This document shows positions 23,577 to 32,831 of a stretch of DNA of 64,000 nt, piece by piece. Numbering within the stretch: the stretch's first letter is position 1; each line of letters opens with the position of its first letter. Location of the stretch: positions 5,531-69,530 of IMG/VR virus record IMGVR_UViG_2823949316_000001. One strand, 5' to 3'. A model generated the notes under the pieces. It searched no databases. It was not told the origin of the DNA and worked only from the letters and a program-made list of their open reading frames with translations. A program made the translations under genes and the position numbers. This stretch comes from a virus (Duplodnaviria; Heunggongvirae; Uroviricota; Caudoviricetes).

Positions 23577-23600
23577 CTTCGGGCGCCATTCGGGCGCACC
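23577..23600 (+). repeat. TTCGGGCGC-N5-GGGCGC family motif, copy 3 (CTTCGGGCGCCATTCGGGCGCACC)
   Basis: Intergenic, upstream of the HTH protein / ParB-MTase pair. Confidence 0.5.
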
Positions 23601-23736
23601 AGCCCCGCAGCAAGGCACCTTTCGTCGTGACGGCACACTGGCGCCATCGCAACCGCCAGATGATGCAAGTGTGACCGACGACTCCTTCCACCACCGACTG
23701 GGCGATGCCCGGGCCATCTACGAAGGCACCCATGGC

Positions 23737-24189
23737 ATGACCATGGCGGAGCTGACCGAGGTGACCGGCATCCCGTCGCGCGTGCTCGCCGCGCAAAAGC
23801 GTGCAGAGGGCTGGGCCAAGGTGGTCAAGTCCGGCCAAACCGAAGAGGCCGCAGAGGCGGTGATCCGCTTCAACGAGTGGAAGATGCAGGTCGCCGAGGT
23901 CAACGCCCGCGATGGCGAGGCCATGCCGAACCTGGCCGTGCCCCTGCACGAGGACGCCGTGCACAAGCTGCTCGAGCGCCACAAGGCCGAACTGATCGCG
24001 CCGCGCGTCCTGTCGCAGGAGGCGATCAAGATCCGGCACAGCGACCCGAACATGGCGTTCCAGAAGGCGAAGCTGGCCAAGATCACGGCCGAGACGCTGG
24101 ACATCCTGCATCGGGCCGAGCGCCGGGCCTTTGGCGTGAAGGACGACGAGAAGCCGGGCGGCGGCGTGGTGGTGGTGGAGCGGACATGA
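23737..24189 (+). CDS. HTH DNA-binding protein (about 150 aa); possibly a small-terminase-like or regulatory protein
   Basis: ATG 23737 (alternative in-frame GTG at 23671) in ORF 23338..24189. N-terminal ...MAELTEVTGIPSRVLAAQKRAEGW... Stop overlaps the ParB-MTase start (ATGA). Confidence 0.4.
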   Translation: MTMAELTEVTGIPSRVLAAQKRAEGWAKVVKSGQTEEAAEAVIRFNEWKMQVAEVNARDGEAMPNLAVPLHEDAVHKLLERHKAELIAPRVLSQEAIKIRHSDPNMAFQKAKLAKITAETLDILHRAERRAFGVKDDEKPGGGVVVVERT

Positions 24190-25694
24190 GCGACCTGAGC
24201 AAGATGATGGGCCTCGACCCGGACGTGCCGCAGATCAAACTGCGCCCGCTCGACAGCCTGGTGGCCTACGCCCGCAACAGCCGCACGCACTCGCCGGCCC
24301 AGGTCGAGCAGCTGCAGGCCCTCCTGCTGGAATACGGCTGGACGAACAGCGTCCTGATCGACGACATGGGCATCGTCGCCGGGCACGGGCGCTGCATGGC
24401 CGCTGAGGCGATCTACAAGCGCGGCGAGCAGATCAAGTTCCCGAATGGCACGCCGATCCCGATCGGCATGGTGCCGACCATGGACGTCACCGGCTGGAGC
24501 GCGCAGCAGCGCCGGGCGTACATCATCGCCGACAACCGCTCCGCCCTGTCCGCGGGCTGGGACGACGAAATGCTGAAGCTGGAGCTGGCCGAGCTGAAGG
24601 AAGCCGACTTCGACCTGTCGCTGACCGCCTTCGACGAGGACGAGCTGGCGGCGCTGCTGGCGCCGGAGATCGAGCTGCCCGAAGACAAGGATCCGGACGC
24701 AGCACCTGCAGCACCCGATGAGCCCGTCAGCGTGCCGGGCGACGTGTGGGTGATGGGCGCGCACCGGCTGTGCGTCGGTGATGCCACCAGCGTCGATGCC
24801 TGGGATCGCCTGCTGGGCACCGAGCAGGTCGATATCGTCTGGACAGATCCACCCTACAACGTCGACCAGGGCCGCAAGAACCGCGAGCAGGACAAGTGGG
24901 ACGGCGGCAACCGCGCGGACACGGGCGCGATCGCCAACGACAAGATGTCGCCGGCCGAGTTTTCCGAGTTCCTGCAGACCACCTTCGCCACCCTGTTCGG
25001 CGTGATGAAGCCAGGGGCGCCGATCTACGTGGCGCACTCCGACCTCGAGGGCCAGACCTTCCGCAACGCCTTCGCCGACGCCGGCCTGCACCTGCAGTCC
25101 TGCCTGGTCTGGAAGAAAGACCGGATGGTGCTGGGGCGCATGGACTGGCAGAGCATCCACGAGCCGATCCTGTACGGCTGGAAGAAGGGCAGCGCGCACC
25201 GCTGGTACGGCGGCCGCAAGAACACCAGCGTGATCGACCTGGGCGACGGCTCGCCGTTCACCCGCATGGAGGATGGCCGGTACCAGGTGCGCATCGGCGA
25301 GAGCGTGCTGGTGGTGTCGGCGGATGCCATGGTCGAGCAGCATCCGTCGTCGATGTTGTTCGAGCCCAAGCCGGCGAGCAGTGGCCTGCATCCGACGCAG
25401 AAGCCCGTTGCCCTTGTCGAGCGGATGCTGAAGCAGTCCGCACGTGCCGGCGACCTGGTGGCCGATGCCTTCGGCGGATCCGGCAGCACGCTGATCGCCG
25501 CCGATCGCCTGGGCATGTCGGCACGCCTGATGGAGCTCAGCCCGAAGTTCGCCGACGTGATCGTGCGGCGCTGGGAGCACTACAGCGGGCGCAAGGCGGT
25601 GCACGCGGTGACCGGCGAGGAGTTCCCGGGCGAGGGCGAGGCCCGCGCGCTACCGCCGCAGGTTGATGACCTTGACGACGAAGCGTTGTTCTGA
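24186..25694 (+). CDS. ParB-like nuclease domain fused to beta-class N6A/N4C DNA methyltransferase
   Basis: In-frame ATG (MSDLSKMMGL...) in ORF 23877..25694. ParB-like N-terminus (KLRPLDSLVAYARNSRTHSPAQVEQL). Motif IV VWTDPPYN followed by C-terminal motif I DAFGGSGST. Confidence 0.85.
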   Translation: MSDLSKMMGLDPDVPQIKLRPLDSLVAYARNSRTHSPAQVEQLQALLLEYGWTNSVLIDDMGIVAGHGRCMAAEAIYKRGEQIKFPNGTPIPIGMVPTMDVTGWSAQQRRAYIIADNRSALSAGWDDEMLKLELAELKEADFDLSLTAFDEDELAALLAPEIELPEDKDPDAAPAAPDEPVSVPGDVWVMGAHRLCVGDATSVDAWDRLLGTEQVDIVWTDPPYNVDQGRKNREQDKWDGGNRADTGAIANDKMSPAEFSEFLQTTFATLFGVMKPGAPIYVAHSDLEGQTFRNAFADAGLHLQSCLVWKKDRMVLGRMDWQSIHEPILYGWKKGSAHRWYGGRKNTSVIDLGDGSPFTRMEDGRYQVRIGESVLVVSADAMVEQHPSSMLFEPKPASSGLHPTQKPVALVERMLKQSARAGDLVADAFGGSGSTLIAADRLGMSARLMELSPKFADVIVRRWEHYSGRKAVHAVTGEEFPGEGEARALPPQVDDLDDEALF

Positions 25695-25776
25695 TTGTGC
25701 AAACCCAGATCACCAGTCTGGGAATCCAAGCCTATAAAGCTGAGTCCTTTCAACAACTTACGCCAAATAGCAAGGG

Positions 25777-25798
25777 TCTCGGGCGCGTATAGGGCTCA
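25777..25798 (+). repeat. TTCGGGCGC-N5-GGGCGC family motif, copy 4 (TCTCGGGCGCGTATAGGGCTCA)
   Basis: Intergenic, in a lower-GC stretch upstream of the AraC-family gene. Confidence 0.5.
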
Positions 25799-25907
25799 AA
25801 TTAGCGTTATCTCTGGATAGCGGGGATATGTAATAAGATTCGTTCTAATCTGGACTTAACCTAGGTTATTGCGCTGCCCAGATTTTCATCTTTGGCAGTA
25901 ACCCATT

Positions 25908-26888
25908 GTGGCAGGACTTCCCGCAACCCCCGGCATCGAGATCCAGCATTTCGAAAACGCGGGCATCCGGATATTCACCGGCAAGTACACTGGACAGATA
26001 GACAATTTTACCGTGCCTGAGCACGTCGTGGTTCTGTCGCACTCGGATTACAAGCCGATCAGTTATGCTCCGGTAGAGCGCTGGAAGGTGAACGATGTCT
26101 GCTTCCTCCCCAAGGGATACACGCAGACCGGGCACCTGGCTGAGCTCGCCGAGCTGACTGCTATCAGGATGAGCGACGACCTCTTCACCAAGGTGGCCGA
26201 GGATCACGTCGACCACTCCCGCATCGAATTCCGCTATGCCGACATCACCGGGCCGACGACGCAGTCTCTGTCCGGAGCGCTTCGGCACATGTCCATGACC
26301 GAAGGATTCCGCGAGTGGCCGCTGCTGATCGAGAGCACGGCGATTGCCCTGGCTGTCGCTGCCGTGCGCAAGCTGTCGCCCAAGGCGTCGGTTGCATTCG
26401 ACAAGCAGAGCGAGCTCAGCGCGGCCAGGCGCCGGCGGGTGATGGACTTCATCGACGACAACATCCACCGGCAGATCACCCTGGCTGAGTTGGCAGCAGC
26501 GGCCAACCTGAGCGCCTTCCACTTCGCGCGCCGGTTCAAGGCTGCGACCGGCCAGACGCCGCTGCGGTTCATCGCCGAGCGGCGGGTGGTGGAGGCCAAG
26601 AAGCGCCTGCGTTCAGGGGTGATGCCGCTGGCACAGGTCGCACTGGAATGCGGCTACACCGGCCAGAGCCACTTCACCACAGCGTTCAAGGCCGTTACCG
26701 GCGTCACCCCGGGCATCTACCGCCGGGGAGCTCAGGCGGTGCTGATCGCCGGCCTGCTCTGCTTTTCCCTCATGTACAACGTCGCGACCCAGGCGGGCGC
26801 CATGGATGTCCTGATGGCCGCTATGCATGAGTTCGGCCACGAAGTCGTCGAGTTCGCGGTCGATCTGGATGACTTTCTTGAGCCGTAG
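25908..26888 (+). CDS. AraC/XylS-family transcriptional regulator (326 aa)
   Basis: C-terminal double HTH (...ITLAELAAAANLSAFHFARRFKAATGQTPLRFIAERRVVEAKKRL...ALECGYTGQSHFTTAFKAVTGVTPGIYRR). N-terminal sensor domain. The GTG start at 25908 has no clear SD, so the start is uncertain. Confidence 0.75.
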   Translation: MAGLPATPGIEIQHFENAGIRIFTGKYTGQIDNFTVPEHVVVLSHSDYKPISYAPVERWKVNDVCFLPKGYTQTGHLAELAELTAIRMSDDLFTKVAEDHVDHSRIEFRYADITGPTTQSLSGALRHMSMTEGFREWPLLIESTAIALAVAAVRKLSPKASVAFDKQSELSAARRRRVMDFIDDNIHRQITLAELAAAANLSAFHFARRFKAATGQTPLRFIAERRVVEAKKRLRSGVMPLAQVALECGYTGQSHFTTAFKAVTGVTPGIYRRGAQAVLIAGLLCFSLMYNVATQAGAMDVLMAAMHEFGHEVVEFAVDLDDFLEP

Positions 26889-26955
26889 TTCTGCTGCGCC
26901 ATCATTCGTGACGCGACAATCCTGATCAGGGTTAGTTCTGATCAGGAAAGGCACA

Positions 26956-28134
26956 TTGAAAAAGTCCAATGATTTGCAGCGTGCTGAGTACCAGCACCCG
27001 TTCAAGAAAGCGACTGACGAGCAAGTCATGGAGTGCATACGTGCAAACCTGACCGGCAAGCAGGCGGCCGCCAAACTGGGTATCCATGAGCGCGTCTACT
27101 TCTCCCGCAAAGCTGCGTTGGTGAAGAAGGGCTTCAGCCCTGAGCACGACATGGTGCACACGGTGCCTGACGGCTTCCTGGTGAAGGGCGTCAGCACCTA
27201 CTACGACGTGGATGGCAAGCCGCGCGGCCAGTGGGTCAAGAGCCAGGTCGACCGCGAGCGCCAGATCGAGCTGCTGCGCGAGGCCTGCGAGGCCATGGTC
27301 GAAGAGCTGCCCAAGCTCAAGCCGCGCAAGGATAACGGCCAGTACCTGTCGCACCTGATGGCAACCTACCCGATCGGCGATGCCCACATCGGCATGCGCG
27401 CCTGGGCCGAGGAGACGCAGGGCCAGAACTGGGATCTTGAGATCGGTGAGCGGATTCAGTGCGGCGCGATGGCCGCCCTCGTCGAGATGTCGCCGCCAGC
27501 CGAGAAGGCGGTCATCATCAACCTTGGGGATTGGTTCCACGCCGACAACATGGAAGGCACGACCAGCCGTAGCGGGCACATCCTGGACATGGACGGCCGC
27601 TACGCCAAGATGATCCGCGTCGGCATCAAGGTCATGCGCCAGTGCATCGAGTCAGCCCTGGGCAAGCACCGCACCGTGCGCGTCATCAACGTGATCGGCA
27701 ACCACGACGACACCGGCGCCATCTGGCTGGGCATCGCCCTGGGCCACATCTACGCCAACGAGCCGCGCGTCGAGATCGACAACAGCCCGGCGCCGTTCAT
27801 GTACGTCGAGCACGGCAAGGTGCTGATCGGCATGCACCACGGCCACACCTGCAAGCCCGACCGCCTGCCTGGCGTGATGGCTGCAGACCAGGCCAAGGCC
27901 TGGGGCCGCACCGAGTACCGCTACTGGTTCCTGGGCCACGTCCACCACCAGAGCGTCAAGGAATACGCCGGTGTCACCGTCGAGTCGTTCAACACGCTGA
28001 CCGCCAAGGACGCGTATGCTGCCTGGGGCGGCTACCGCGCGCAGCAGAACATGAAGTGCATCGTCATGCATTCGGAGTTCGGCGAAGTCGCGCGCCACAT
28101 CGTCAACCCGGCCATGCTCGAAGGCGCGGCCTGA
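26956..28134 (+). CDS. Calcineurin-like metallophosphoesterase with N-terminal HTH-like region (392 aa)
   Basis: Motifs GDAHIG, GDWFH, GNHDD, GMHHGH, GHVHH in canonical order. The 5' end of the gene is lower GC. Confidence 0.7.
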   Translation: MKKSNDLQRAEYQHPFKKATDEQVMECIRANLTGKQAAAKLGIHERVYFSRKAALVKKGFSPEHDMVHTVPDGFLVKGVSTYYDVDGKPRGQWVKSQVDRERQIELLREACEAMVEELPKLKPRKDNGQYLSHLMATYPIGDAHIGMRAWAEETQGQNWDLEIGERIQCGAMAALVEMSPPAEKAVIINLGDWFHADNMEGTTSRSGHILDMDGRYAKMIRVGIKVMRQCIESALGKHRTVRVINVIGNHDDTGAIWLGIALGHIYANEPRVEIDNSPAPFMYVEHGKVLIGMHHGHTCKPDRLPGVMAADQAKAWGRTEYRYWFLGHVHHQSVKEYAGVTVESFNTLTAKDAYAAWGGYRAQQNMKCIVMHSEFGEVARHIVNPAMLEGAA

Positions 28135-28156
28135 TCAACCATCACAAGGAGCACCC

Positions 28157-28432
28157 ATGAAGTATTTCGAACTGCCCGTAGGCGTCGTCCTGACCGGCCT
28201 GGGCAACGCCCGCCTGATCCACCAGGGCGGTGGCGTCTTCGTCTGTTCTGACGCACACGCGCCGAAGGTATTCGAGGTGGCTGCGCCGGAGGGCGAGGCC
28301 CTGGACACCAGTGCGGTGCCGGAGCTCGAGTCGATCGCCGACTACGGCGGTGTGTGGCAGCTGGGCAAGCGCGACATCGAGCAGCCAGCGCCGGCCGAGG
28401 AGCCTGAGCCCGTCGAGGAGCCTGCCGAGTGA
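28157..28432 (+). CDS. Hypothetical acidic protein (91 aa)
   Basis: ORF-track protein with good RBS AGGAGCACCC. Confidence 0.45.
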   Translation: MKYFELPVGVVLTGLGNARLIHQGGGVFVCSDAHAPKVFEVAAPEGEALDTSAVPELESIADYGGVWQLGKRDIEQPAPAEEPEPVEEPAE

Positions 28433-28728
28433 GCCTCGTTCTCTGGTTCCTGCTCCTGGTCGTCCAGAACGCCGCCTTCACCTGGGTTAGCCGCGCGCGT
28501 AACTCCGGCAGCTACGGCTACCACGCGATCGCCGCGGTGTTCAGCAACGGCATCTGGTTCGTATCGCAGTTCCTCCTGATCGGCATGGTGGTGCGCCCGG
28601 GCATGCAGCTGAGCGACGCCTACCACCTGGGCGCGGTCTACATCGCCGGCACGGTCACCGGTTCGGTGCTGATGCACTGGGTGTCGGTGCGCTGGCTGGA
28701 GCAGGGCAAGCGCAAGGTGGGCGGGTAG
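28429..28728 (+). CDS. Membrane protein, 3 predicted TM segments (99 aa); holin-like topology
   Basis: GTGA-coupled. MSLVLWFLLLVVQNAAFTWV... No endolysin gene was seen nearby, so a lysis role is speculative. Confidence 0.45.
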   Translation: MSLVLWFLLLVVQNAAFTWVSRARNSGSYGYHAIAAVFSNGIWFVSQFLLIGMVVRPGMQLSDAYHLGAVYIAGTVTGSVLMHWVSVRWLEQGKRKVGG

Positions 28729-28768
28729 CCAGACTGCGAGTCTGGGTGTCACCACCTGCAACACCAGC

Positions 28769-28800
28769 AGCGGCGCGCCATCTGAGCGCGCCGCTCTGTT
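28769..28800 (+). terminator. Terminator-like hairpin (AGCGGCGCGC-7nt-GCGCGCCGCT) followed by motif copy 5
   Basis: 10-bp perfect stem followed by a weak T tract (TCTGTTTC). Confidence 0.45.
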
Positions 28801-28820
28801 TCGGGCGCGTATCGGGCGCC
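28799..28820 (+). repeat. TTCGGGCGC-N5-GGGCGC family motif, copy 5 (TTTCGGGCGCGTATCGGGCGCC)
   Basis: Upstream of the higBA-like pair. Confidence 0.5.
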
Positions 28821-28872
28821 TCGGCATGGATTCACACTTGACCGCTATACCGCCTCACGGTATAGGCTGATC

Positions 28873-29163
28873 ATGATATCGAGCTTCCGAGATGCCTGGC
28901 TGCATGAGTTCTACGTCAACGGTACCGGGCACCGGCTGATCCCTGGCGCTATGGAAGGGGCTCTGGCCAGGAAGCTGGACATCATCCGCTTCGCCACGAC
29001 CGAGGGCGATCTGCGGGTACCGCCCGGGAACCGGTTCGAGCACCTGCACGGCAAGCTGGCCGCCTACTGCTCGATCCGGGTCAACAAGCAGTACCGCCTG
29101 ATCTTCCGCTGGAACGACGGCAAAGCGAGCGACGTATACCTGGATCCGCACACGTACCGGTGA
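28873..29163 (+). CDS. higB: HigB-like (RelE/ParE superfamily) toxin
   Basis: 96 aa. C-terminal ...RVNKQYRLIFRWNDGKASDVYLDPHTY matches the HigB/killer-protein pattern (..WRITF.F.NGDAY.L.Y.DYH). Confidence 0.7.
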   Translation: MISSFRDAWLHEFYVNGTGHRLIPGAMEGALARKLDIIRFATTEGDLRVPPGNRFEHLHGKLAAYCSIRVNKQYRLIFRWNDGKASDVYLDPHTYR

Positions 29164-29168
29164 GAGAC

Positions 29169-29474
29169 ATGATCGAGACCAACCGCAAGCCCACGACTGT
29201 CGGCGAGATCCTGACCGCCGAGTTCCTGGAGCCGATGGAGCTGACCCAGACCGACCTGGCCCGGGCCATGGGCGTGCAGACGCGCCTGGTCAACGAGCTG
29301 TGCCGCGATCGCCGGGCCGTGACCGCGGACACCGCCCTGATGCTGGCCGGCGTGTTCGGCACGTCGCCTGAATTCTGGCTCAACGCCCAGCAGGCCACCG
29401 ACCTGTGGGAGGCCATGCACGACGAGAAGCGCCGGCAGCGTATTGCCCGGGCGCGGCCGCTGCAGGCTGCCTGA
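29169..29474 (+). CDS. higA: HigA-like XRE-family HTH antitoxin
   Basis: ...ELTQTDLARAMGVQTRLVNELCRDRRAVTADTALMLAGVFGTSPEFWLNAQ... Overlaps the higB stop (GTG at 29160 or ATG at 29169). Confidence 0.7.
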   Translation: MIETNRKPTTVGEILTAEFLEPMELTQTDLARAMGVQTRLVNELCRDRRAVTADTALMLAGVFGTSPEFWLNAQQATDLWEAMHDEKRRQRIARARPLQAA

Positions 29475-29572
29475 TAGGTTCACGCTGTCTCCCGTGATTG
29501 CACGCAATATCGTTACTCAGATATGATGCGTGAAATCACGATCAAGCCAGGAAACAACCTGGCGGGAGACTT

Positions 29573-30787
29573 ATGGAAGCGCCGTACCAGCTTCACCTGG
29601 GCGACTGCCTGGCAGTGCTCAAAACCCTACCTGACAACTCCGTCGACAGCATCGTCACCGACCCTCCCTATGGCCTGAGCAAAGAGCCCGACATGCTCGA
29701 GGTGTTGCGCCACTGGATGGCCGGCGACGACTACCAGCACAAGGGCGGCGGTTTCATGGGCAAGACCTGGGACAGCTTCGTGCCCGGGCCGAGCGTGTGG
29801 CGCGAGAGCCTGCGCGTGCTCAAGCCTGGCGGCCACCTGCTGGCGTTCTTCGGCACGCGGACGCAGGACATGGGCACGCTGGCTATTCGTTTGGCTGGCT
29901 TCGAGATCCGCGACAGCATCGCCTGGGTGTACGGGTCGGGTTTCCCGAAGTCGCACAATCTTGAGGGCGAGTGGGAAGGCTGGGGTACTGCGCTCAAGCC
30001 GGCGCTGGAGCCGATCGCGGTGGCGCGCAAGCCATTCCGCGGCACCGTGGCGACCAACGTGCTGGCGCACGGCACTGGGGCGCTGAATATCGATGGGTGC
30101 CGGGTCGGTACGACGGTCGAGACATGGCCAAAGTCGAAAAGTTACACTCGACAGGAGCCTGGCGGTCGAGGCGAGAAGGAGTACCAGCTTACAGGAGAGG
30201 CGCCCGCCGGCCGCTGGCCCGCCAACCTGATCCACGACGGCAGCGACGAGGTGGTGGAGCTTTTCCCTGCGCAGGCCGGCGCAGCTGCTCCGGTGCGAGG
30301 CACTGAGGACAGCAAGGCCAGCGTCGGCAATGTGACTGGCGAGCGTGAGCGTGTTCCTGGCGCCTTCCACGCCGACAACGGCAGCGCTGCCCGCTTCTTC
30401 TACTGCGCCAAGGCCAGCCGCAAGGATCGCCACGAGGGCCTGGATGATCCTGGCGCTCAATTCAAGCGCGGCACCACCCTGCGCCAGGTCGAGAACACCG
30501 CGACAACCGGCAACAACCACCCGACCGTCAAGCCCACCGACCTGATGGCCTACCTGTGTCGGCTGGTGACGCCGCCGGGCGGTGTGGTGCTTGACCCGTT
30601 CATGGGTAGCGGCAGTACCGGCAAGGCCGCCATGCGCGAGGGCTTCCGCTTCATCGGCTGCGAGCTGTCGCCGGAGTACCTGGCGATCGCCGAGGCGCGC
30701 ATCGAGCACGAGCTGGTGAAGCGCGCGCCTGAGCCAGCGGTCGTGCAGGCGGTGCAGCAGGATATGTTCGCCCAGGAGGCCGTGTGA
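29573..30787 (+). CDS. Beta-class N6-adenine/N4-cytosine DNA methyltransferase (404 aa)
   Basis: Motif IV SIVTDPPYGL near the N-terminus and motif I DPFMGSGSTGKAA near the C-terminus. Confidence 0.85.
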   Translation: MEAPYQLHLGDCLAVLKTLPDNSVDSIVTDPPYGLSKEPDMLEVLRHWMAGDDYQHKGGGFMGKTWDSFVPGPSVWRESLRVLKPGGHLLAFFGTRTQDMGTLAIRLAGFEIRDSIAWVYGSGFPKSHNLEGEWEGWGTALKPALEPIAVARKPFRGTVATNVLAHGTGALNIDGCRVGTTVETWPKSKSYTRQEPGGRGEKEYQLTGEAPAGRWPANLIHDGSDEVVELFPAQAGAAAPVRGTEDSKASVGNVTGERERVPGAFHADNGSAARFFYCAKASRKDRHEGLDDPGAQFKRGTTLRQVENTATTGNNHPTVKPTDLMAYLCRLVTPPGGVVLDPFMGSGSTGKAAMREGFRFIGCELSPEYLAIAEARIEHELVKRAPEPAVVQAVQQDMFAQEAV

Positions 30788-31434
30788 GCCTCCTTATCCC
30801 GATGTCGCACGCCGACCTGTGCGCCACCGCGGTGAAGTGGCTGAAGCGGGCGAACTCGGCCGGCGGCCCGGGCTGCCACGTGGCGGTCAGCGAGTGCCGG
30901 TCGGGCTGGACTGGTGAGGTGCCGGACGCGATCGGGTTCCGCGCTGCTGGCAGCTACGACGACGGGTCGGTCGTGGTCGAGTGCAAGACCAGCCGTGCCG
31001 ACTTCCTGGCCGATCGCAAGAAGGCGCACCGCACCACCGGCGGCTGCGGCAACTGGCGGTATTTCATGGCGCCAGAGGGGCTGATCAGCCCTGACGAGCT
31101 GCCGCCAGGCTGGGGCCTGCTCACGGTGAACAGCCGCGGGCACGTGAAGGCAGTGGCCGGCCCTGCGGCGCACTACGGCGGGCGGTACGACGCCAGGCTC
31201 GAGGCCATCGAGGCCTTCCGCCACGTCGCCGATCGCGACCGCGAGCAGTTCCTGCTGACGAAGTTGCTGCACCGTGTCGGCGATGCCGAGGAGATGAACC
31301 GGAAGATCAAGGCTGTCTACGCGGAGCAGACCAGGCTGATCAATCGCGTGAACTCGCAGATCAGGGAACTCGACGAGCTGCGCAACGAGAACTGGCGCCT
31401 GAAGCACGCGCTTGAGCAGGCTCAATCCAGATAG
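30784..31434 (+). CDS. Putative PD-(D/E)xK-type nuclease with C-terminal coiled coil (216 aa), GTGA-coupled to the methyltransferase
   Basis: ...GEVPDAIGFRAAGSYDDGSVVVECKTSRADF... gives a D ... E-x-K arrangement. The nuclease assignment is a motif-level inference. Confidence 0.45.
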   Translation: MSLLIPMSHADLCATAVKWLKRANSAGGPGCHVAVSECRSGWTGEVPDAIGFRAAGSYDDGSVVVECKTSRADFLADRKKAHRTTGGCGNWRYFMAPEGLISPDELPPGWGLLTVNSRGHVKAVAGPAAHYGGRYDARLEAIEAFRHVADRDREQFLLTKLLHRVGDAEEMNRKIKAVYAEQTRLINRVNSQIRELDELRNENWRLKHALEQAQSR

Positions 31435-31467
31435 ATAATCAGGGCGTCACAGCTCAGGAACACAAGG

Positions 31468-31498
31468 ACGGCGCGGCCTGCGAGGGTTGCGCCGTTTT
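31468..31498 (+). terminator. Rho-independent terminator-like hairpin + TTTT
   Basis: ACGGCGC-14nt-GCGCCGT then TTTTCATT. Immediately followed by motif copy 6. Confidence 0.5.
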
Positions 31499-31519
31499 CA
31501 TTGGGCGCACATAGGGCGC
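31498..31519 (+). repeat. TTCGGGCGC-N5-GGGCGC family motif, copy 6 (CATTGGGCGCACATAGGGCGCA)
   Basis: Upstream of the SPFH gene. Confidence 0.5.
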
Positions 31520-31603
31520 AGGTGTTGCAATTGATCAGAAAAGAGTAATAGAATTGCGTCACTGCCGAGGCATGAGCCAGGCAGAACTCCAGAGGAAAGG
31601 AAT

Positions 31604-32470
31604 GTGGAAAGTAACGTTCGCGGTTATGCGGTAAAAGGTCTTGTGGCAGTGGCGGCTCTGCTTCTGTTTGTGGCAGCCATTCTGAGCTTCTACACCGTCG
31701 ACGAGAAGGAACGTGGCGTGGTGCTGCGTAACGGTGCGTTCGTCGAGGTGGCGGATCCCGGCCTGCACTGGAAGATCCCCTTCATTGACACGGTGAAGAC
31801 CATCTCGGTGCAGAACAACGCCAACAACTGGAACGGTCTGCAGGCCTACAGCCGCGACCAGCAAGCCGCATCGCTGGTGGTGTCGGTCAGCTGGCACGTT
31901 CCACCAGGCGAAGTCGCTGCCGTGTACCGTGGCTACGGCGACCTGGAAGGTCTGCTGGCCCGAGCCATTGCCCGCCACGTGCCGACCCAGGTCGAGAACG
32001 TGTTCGGCCAGTACACCGCCGTCAACGCTGTGCAGCAGCGCGGCAAGCTCGTCACGGACATTGCTTCGGCGATCAAGGGCGCCATTACCGGCCCAGTGGT
32101 GATCGACAGCGTCCAGGTCGAGAACATCGACTTCAGTGATGCCTACGAGAAGTCGATCGAAGAGCGCATGCGGGCCGAAGTCGCCGTGAAAACCCGCGAG
32201 CAACAGCTGGCCACCGAGCAGATCCAGGCGCAGATCGTGGTCACCCAGGCCCAGGCCACGGCTGACTCAGCGCTCGCTGCCTCCCGTGCCAAGGCTGAAG
32301 GTATCGCGCTGCTGGGTGCCGCGGAAGCCGAGGCGATCAAGGCTCGTGCTCAGGCCCTGGGCAGCAACCCGGAGCTGGTGGAGCTGACCAAGGCAGAGCG
32401 TTGGAACGGTGCCCTGCCTTCGACCATGCTGCCGAACCAGGCGCTGCCGTTCATCGAAGCCAAGAAGTAA
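31604..32470 (+). CDS. SPFH/Band-7 (prohibitin/HflK/C-like) membrane protein, GTG start
   Basis: N-terminal TM helix, then ...VDEKERGVVLRNGAFVEVADPGLHWKIPFIDTV... and a long Ala/Glu/Gln-rich coiled coil. Start GTG 31604 after GAGGAAAGGAAT. Confidence 0.75.
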   Translation: MESNVRGYAVKGLVAVAALLLFVAAILSFYTVDEKERGVVLRNGAFVEVADPGLHWKIPFIDTVKTISVQNNANNWNGLQAYSRDQQAASLVVSVSWHVPPGEVAAVYRGYGDLEGLLARAIARHVPTQVENVFGQYTAVNAVQQRGKLVTDIASAIKGAITGPVVIDSVQVENIDFSDAYEKSIEERMRAEVAVKTREQQLATEQIQAQIVVTQAQATADSALAASRAKAEGIALLGAAEAEAIKARAQALGSNPELVELTKAERWNGALPSTMLPNQALPFIEAKK

Positions 32471-32537
32471 TGCAATCGGGCGCCCCGGCGCCCAACCCTT
32501 AGAACAACAGCAGGCGCGGCCTGCAGGGGAAAGGAAG

Positions 32538-32831
32538 GTGAGCAAACAGAACGAGCTGGAGCTGAACAGTACCAGCACTCTCGCCCTAACGGGCAACGCC
32601 CTGGGCCACGAGTTCGGGCATCAGGACTACGGCACGCTGCAACTGAATGGCGTGCGCCTGGTGAATGAGGCCTGGCTGCTCGGCATGATTGAGCAGCGCG
32701 ACCAGCTCCTGGCGGCGCTGGAGAATGCGGAGGAGTGCCTGGCCGGCGTCGATGCAACGGACTACCCGGTCAGCGAAGAGCTTGCGCAGGTGCGCGCCGC
32801 CATCGCCGCGGTGAAGGGTGGTGCCCAATGA
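32538..32831 (+). CDS. Hypothetical protein (97 aa) ending ...KGGAQ
   Basis: GTG start after two GC hairpins + AGGGGAAAGGAAGGTG. In-frame 3' part of ORF 32409..32831. Confidence 0.5.
   Translation: MSKQNELELNSTSTLALTGNALGHEFGHQDYGTLQLNGVRLVNEAWLLGMIEQRDQLLAALENAEECLAGVDATDYPVSEELAQVRAAIAAVKGGAQ

Noticed and set aside
23718-25604. 628-aa minus-strand ORF
   Set aside because: Antisense to the ParB-MTase gene (which has DPPY and FGGSGST motifs). Low-complexity Ala/Arg/Gly/Leu.
29627-30709. 360-aa minus-strand ORF
   Set aside because: Antisense to the beta-class MTase gene.
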